Below, in pieces: positions 60,418 to 64,000 of a DNA stretch of 64,000 nucleotides. Both the position numbers and the translations under genes were made by a program. The notes under the pieces are model-generated. The model made no database searches. It saw only the letters and a list, made by a program, of their open reading frames with translations, and was not told the origin of the DNA. Within the stretch, counting starts at the first letter, position 1. Each line of letters begins with the position of its first letter. Origin of the DNA: Muribaculaceae bacterium (GTDB lineage Bacteria; Bacteroidota; Bacteroidia; Bacteroidales; Muribaculaceae); the NCBI GenBank assembly GCA_016290325.1, contig JAEETL010000005.1:5019-69018 (forward strand), written 5' to 3'.

Positions 60418-61650
60418 TTACTTGATGACCTTGGTCGCACTGGTGGTGCCGTCGGTAAAGGTGGTCACCTTGATGGTCAAGCCTTCAGGCTGTGAGAGTT
60501 CTTGGCCTGCCATGTTGAAGTAGCGCACGCCGCTCACCTCCTTGCCACCAGCAAGCTCGTTGACTGCCGACGGATTGGGATAAACCTCGAGATAGACGAT
60601 ATCTGACGAGTTGCGTACACCTTCAACGGTATAGTGTACCTGAATACCGATGCGCCATGTGAAGAACGGATTATCGCCCTGATTGGTGCGGTAGAAGTAA
60701 ACGCGGCGCAGGTAGAAGTCATAACCGCTATAGCCGTAAGGAATCTCGGTCATGTCGGTATCAAAACCGTTGTTTGCGCCATAGGTGTCATAATCAAAAG
60801 TGAACAACTCATCATTGTCGACATAGATGCTATAGGTCAGGAAGTCAGAGTTCAGCGGATTGCCGTCAACGTCAAACAGGTTGATGTTGAAGTCCAAACG
60901 GGTATAACCTTCCTCACGACCGCTGTCAAAGAAGTCGGTGACCTCGGGATTGGCGGGAACAGCAGGAACAGTCTCACCCATCACGGTCCAAGTCGAGCCC
61001 CACTCGATAGTGGCTACCGAGCCGTCGTCGCTCCACACGCCAGCCAGTCCCGTAGCCTCGCAATCATAGGGATAAGGATTATCCACGCTACCCTCGCTAC
61101 CCAGCATCGTGATGGTGCCGTTTTCTGGGTCAACGGCATAGCACACCTCGGTAACGGTATCATCGGCATAAAAATCGAGCCAGTAGAAGTCATCGCCCAA
61201 GTCGATAACCATCGTCGAGCCCCATGCAAGGATCAAGCCATAATCATATTCCTCGTTATAGGCGACATACTGTCCCAGCGGCACACTGATCGTCGAGCCG
61301 TCATCGCTTAACTGACCTTGAACCCACGCGCCAACGCCTTCACCATAGCACAAGGGATCCTGGATGTAAACAGTCTGTCCGTCATCAGCATAGACCAACT
61401 TCACGCGGCCCGTCTGATAACCGGATTCATAGCCATAGAGGCTCACCGTCATATACTCACCGCCACGGGTATAGTTCACGACAGTGCCCTCGGGTTGCTC
61501 GGTGATGATGTCCACACGCGACGGGGCTTTCATTTTGCTTGCATGCTGCATCTTGTCAATCGGGCGATAGGCGTTGCCCGATGATTTAACGACTGCCGAC
61601 GCCGAGAGCGCAACAGCCACACAGGTAATGAGTAAAGCTAATTTCTTCAT
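60418..61650 (-). CDS. secreted T9SS cargo protein, short member of the 24703/26912 family
   Basis: Signal peptide. One ..VYIQDP..WVQGQL..GSTISVPLGQY..LILAWGST module, a PAVPANP-type module, and tail VRYFNMAGQELSQPEGLTIKVTTFTDGTTSATKVIK. Confidence 0.8.
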   Translation of the reverse strand: MKKLALLITCVAVALSASAVVKSSGNAYRPIDKMQHASKMKAPSRVDIITEQPEGTVVNYTRGGEYMTVSLYGYESGYQTGRVKLVYADDGQTVYIQDPLCYGEGVGAWVQGQLSDDGSTISVPLGQYVAYNEEYDYGLILAWGSTMVIDLGDDFYWLDFYADDTVTEVCYAVDPENGTITMLGSEGSVDNPYPYDCEATGLAGVWSDDGSVATIEWGSTWTVMGETVPAVPANPEVTDFFDSGREEGYTRLDFNINLFDVDGNPLNSDFLTYSIYVDNDELFTFDYDTYGANNGFDTDMTEIPYGYSGYDFYLRRVYFYRTNQGDNPFFTWRIGIQVHYTVEGVRNSSDIVYLEVYPNPSAVNELAGGKEVSGVRYFNMAGQELSQPEGLTIKVTTFTDGTTSATKVIK

Positions 61651-61789
61651 AATGATTCTTTATTAAGTGGTTTAAATAATATAGGGTTAACTGTTTGATG
61701 ACTTAGAGCGCAAAAATAATAATAAAACCAAAAACTTACAACTAAAATCACTATCTTTGCACTTTCAACCTTAAAACGACAATGCATTG

Positions 61790-63157
61790 ATGGAGACCTT
61801 GAATGACTTTTTTGCACTCTTGAGTGGCTACCTTTGGGGCTGGCCCATGATCATATTGCTGTTGGGAACCCACATCTATCTCACCTTCAGGCTTGGCGTG
61901 CCACAGCGCAAGTTATTTACCGCCATACGGCTATCAATCAGTAAAGACAAAGACTCGACGGGTGACGTGTCACAGTTCGGTGCCTTGGCTACCGCACTGG
62001 CAGCCACCATCGGCACGGGCAACATCGTGGGTGTCGCTACGGCAGTAGCGTTAGGCGGTCCTGGCGCAGTGCTGTGGTGCTGGCTGTCGGGTGTGTTTGG
62101 CATGGCCACCAAGTACAGTGAGGGCCTGCTGGCGATCAAGTACCGTGTGAAAGCAGCTGATGGCCGCATGTTGGGCGGCCCGATGTACGCGCTGGAGCGT
62201 GGCTTGGGCTGGAAATGGCTCGCCGTGTTGTTTGCTATCTTCACCGCACTGGCCTCGTTCGGCATCGGCAATACGGTTCAAGCCAACGCCATCTCGACGA
62301 TCGCCAATGAATCCTATAGCATTCCCACATGGCTCACTGGCGGCGCTGTGTGCCTGCTCACGGCACTTGTCCTGCTGGGCGGCATCAAGAGCATCGCCCG
62401 CGTGTGCAGCGCATTGGTCCCGTTCATGGCGTTCTTCTATGTCATCGGCTGCATCTATATCCTGTTTGCCAACGGCCAGTATGTTTGGCCTGCCATCAAG
62501 CTCATCTGTGAATCGGCATTCACACCTCAGGCAGCTGGCGGCGGCTTTGTGGGCACCACGGTCATTGTAGCGGCCCGCATGGGTATTGCCCGAGGCCTGT
62601 TCAGCAACGAGTCGGGTCTTGGTTCAGCGCCTATTGTCGCAGCAGCCGCCCAGACGCGCAATCCCGTGCGTCAGGCCCTTGTATCCTCGACAGGTACTTT
62701 TTGGGACACGGTCGTCATCTGTGCTTTCACTGGACTGGTAATCGTGAGCTCTATCATCGCCTACCCCGACATCAGCAGCACCGACGGAGCCGCATTGACC
62801 AAGGCCGCTTTTTCCAAGATTCCCTACGTCGGCACCCCGTTGCTCACTTTCGGCCTGCTCACCTTTGCCTTCACCACGATCCTGGGCTGGTGCTATTATG
62901 GCGAGCGCGCTGTTGAGTACCTCAAGGGCAAACGCTGGATGCTGGGCTATCGCATCCTGTTTGTCGCTATGGTGTTTGTAGGCAGCATTATCAGCCTTGA
63001 CGTGGTTTGGAATGCCGCCGACTGCATGAACGCGCTCATGGCCATTCCTAACCTTGTGGCGCTGTTGCTCCTGAGCAACGTCATCGCCCGCGAGACGCGC
63101 CATTACCTGTATGGCGGCCGTCTCGACCATCACGAGGGCCAAAAAGACATGGAATAA
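61790..63157 (+). CDS. alanine/glycine:cation symporter (AGCS family)
   Basis: GDVSQFGALATALAATIGTGNIVGVATA and FSNESGLGSAPI signatures. ATG 61790 follows TAtcTTTG (61752-61759). Confidence 0.9.
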   Translation: METLNDFFALLSGYLWGWPMIILLLGTHIYLTFRLGVPQRKLFTAIRLSISKDKDSTGDVSQFGALATALAATIGTGNIVGVATAVALGGPGAVLWCWLSGVFGMATKYSEGLLAIKYRVKAADGRMLGGPMYALERGLGWKWLAVLFAIFTALASFGIGNTVQANAISTIANESYSIPTWLTGGAVCLLTALVLLGGIKSIARVCSALVPFMAFFYVIGCIYILFANGQYVWPAIKLICESAFTPQAAGGGFVGTTVIVAARMGIARGLFSNESGLGSAPIVAAAAQTRNPVRQALVSSTGTFWDTVVICAFTGLVIVSSIIAYPDISSTDGAALTKAAFSKIPYVGTPLLTFGLLTFAFTTILGWCYYGERAVEYLKGKRWMLGYRILFVAMVFVGSIISLDVVWNAADCMNALMAIPNLVALLLLSNVIARETRHYLYGGRLDHHEGQKDME

Positions 63158-63180
63158 AACCCACGATTAAACGAAACAAG

Positions 63181-63212
63181 AAAGCCCGCAATCTTTTGGG
63201 GTTGCGGGCTTT
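63181..63212. terminator. bidirectional terminator between convergent genes
   Basis: AAAGCCCGCAA / TTGCGGGCTTT 11-bp stem. Confidence 0.65.
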
Positions 63213-63235
63213 CAAATTATATTATATCAATCTGA

Positions 63236-64000
63236 TTACCAGATAATTGCGCGGTCATCGGGATCGAGCCACATCTTGTCGCCAGCCTTGATACCAAAGG
63301 CGTCAAAGAAGGTGTCGATGTTTCTCAACGTAGCATTAACGCGATAGCGGCCGATGCTGTGAGGATCGCTCTTGGTCTGCTGGAAAATGGCCTCGTCGGT
63401 CATGTTGTCAGCCCAAATGCGGCCATAGCTCAGGTAGAAGCGCTGAGTGGGCGTGAAGCCGTCAATCATCTTACCGTCACGGTACTGCTGAGTGGTCTTG
63501 AAAGCGTCATAAGCAATGCGCAGGCCACCCTGGTCGGCGATGTTCTCGCCCAGGGTCAAGTGACCATTGGCATGCTGATCTTTTACCACAACAATCTGGT
63601 CGAACTGTGCGGCGAGCTTCTCGGCAGCAGCTTGGAACTTCTCGCTATCCTCCTCGGTCCACCAGTCGGTCATGTTGCCATACTGGTCGAACATGCGGCC
63701 CTGGTCGTCAAAGCCGTGGGTCATCTCGTGGCCAATCACAACGCCGATAGCACCAAAGTTGGTGGCATCATCGGCCTCCACATCAAAGAAGGGAGGTTGC
63801 AGGATGGCGGCGGGGAAGCAAATCTCGTTGGTGGTCGGGTTGTAGTAAGCATTTACCGTTTGAGGTGTCATGCCCCACTCGTCCTTGTCCACGGGCTTGC
63901 CCATCTTGTCAAGGTTGCGACGGGTCTCATACAGGCTAGCAGCCTTGATGTTGTCATACAGGCTCTTGCTGGGATCCACCTGCAAGCCACTGTAGTCGCG
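63236..64000 (-). CDS. pepO: M13 family zinc metallopeptidase (neprilysin/PepO-like), N-terminus beyond the window edge
   Basis: NAYY, HEMTHGFDDQG (HExxH), GENIADQGG (ExxxD), and the typical C-terminal ..RAIIW. The frame stays open to position 64000. Confidence 0.9.
   Translation of the reverse strand, partial: RDYSGLQVDPSKSLYDNIKAASLYETRRNLDKMGKPVDKDEWGMTPQTVNAYYNPTTNEICFPAAILQPPFFDVEADDATNFGAIGVVIGHEMTHGFDDQGRMFDQYGNMTDWWTEEDSEKFQAAAEKLAAQFDQIVVVKDQHANGHLTLGENIADQGGLRIAYDAFKTTQQYRDGKMIDGFTPTQRFYLSYGRIWADNMTDEAIFQQTKSDPHSIGRYRVNATLRNIDTFFDAFGIKAGDKMWLDPDDRAIIW

Overview
This 64-kb chromosomal segment looks like Bacteroidota, probably Bacteroidales. The evidence is TAnnTTTG -7 promoter boxes upstream of most genes, many lipoprotein signal peptides, four proteins with T9SS-type C-terminal sorting tails, an AraC-fused hybrid two-component regulator, and a TonB-dependent receptor. 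I saw no rRNA, CRISPR array, transposase or integrase. All calls come from reading the supplied translations and the DNA by eye; no database or HMM search was run.

Layout:
- 1-23.7 kb: a dense patchwork of small redox, detoxification and metal genes. It holds two ZIP transporters, two MBL hydrolases, a Nim-like PNPOx protein, VOC, cupin, GNATs, flavoproteins, a small TonB-dependent receptor with a His/Cys-rich partner, and a Gpx-OhrR-Gpx/nitroreductase-flavin reductase cluster. HxlR, AraC (two) and MarR regulators are interspersed.
- 24.5-28.8 kb: two tandem T9SS-cargo gene cassettes.
- 28.8-37.8 kb: housekeeping genes (fRMsr, RarA, a TPR hybrid sensor kinase/AraC regulator, and a DUF4199-GT2-lipoprotein-beta-barrel envelope cluster).
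- 38-46 kb: the most unusual part. A T9SS-tailed beta-sandwich protein is followed by a GC-rich, terminator-bounded two-gene module: a 662-aa signal-less beta-rich protein translationally coupled to a terminase-large-subunit-like ATPase/nuclease, with no other phage genes. Two monocistronic paralogous secreted proteins with tandem dockerin-type Ca-binding repeats follow.
- 46-50 kb: DJ-1, tRNA-Val(TAC), two outer-membrane beta-barrel paralogs and ApbE.
- 50-60 kb: a glpR / glpABC-glpT-phosphodiesterase-porin locus in which glpT is a compositional outlier.
- 60-64 kb: another T9SS family member, an alanine:cation symporter and a partial M13 peptidase.

Non-coding repeats are also present: a structured MITE-like element with GTGTGTCATAAT-type termini (two long copies, one 76-bp mini copy), a 30-nt palindromic terminator present four times, and a near-identical ~120-bp GNAT 3' fragment that forms direct repeats around a 4.1-kb gene block.
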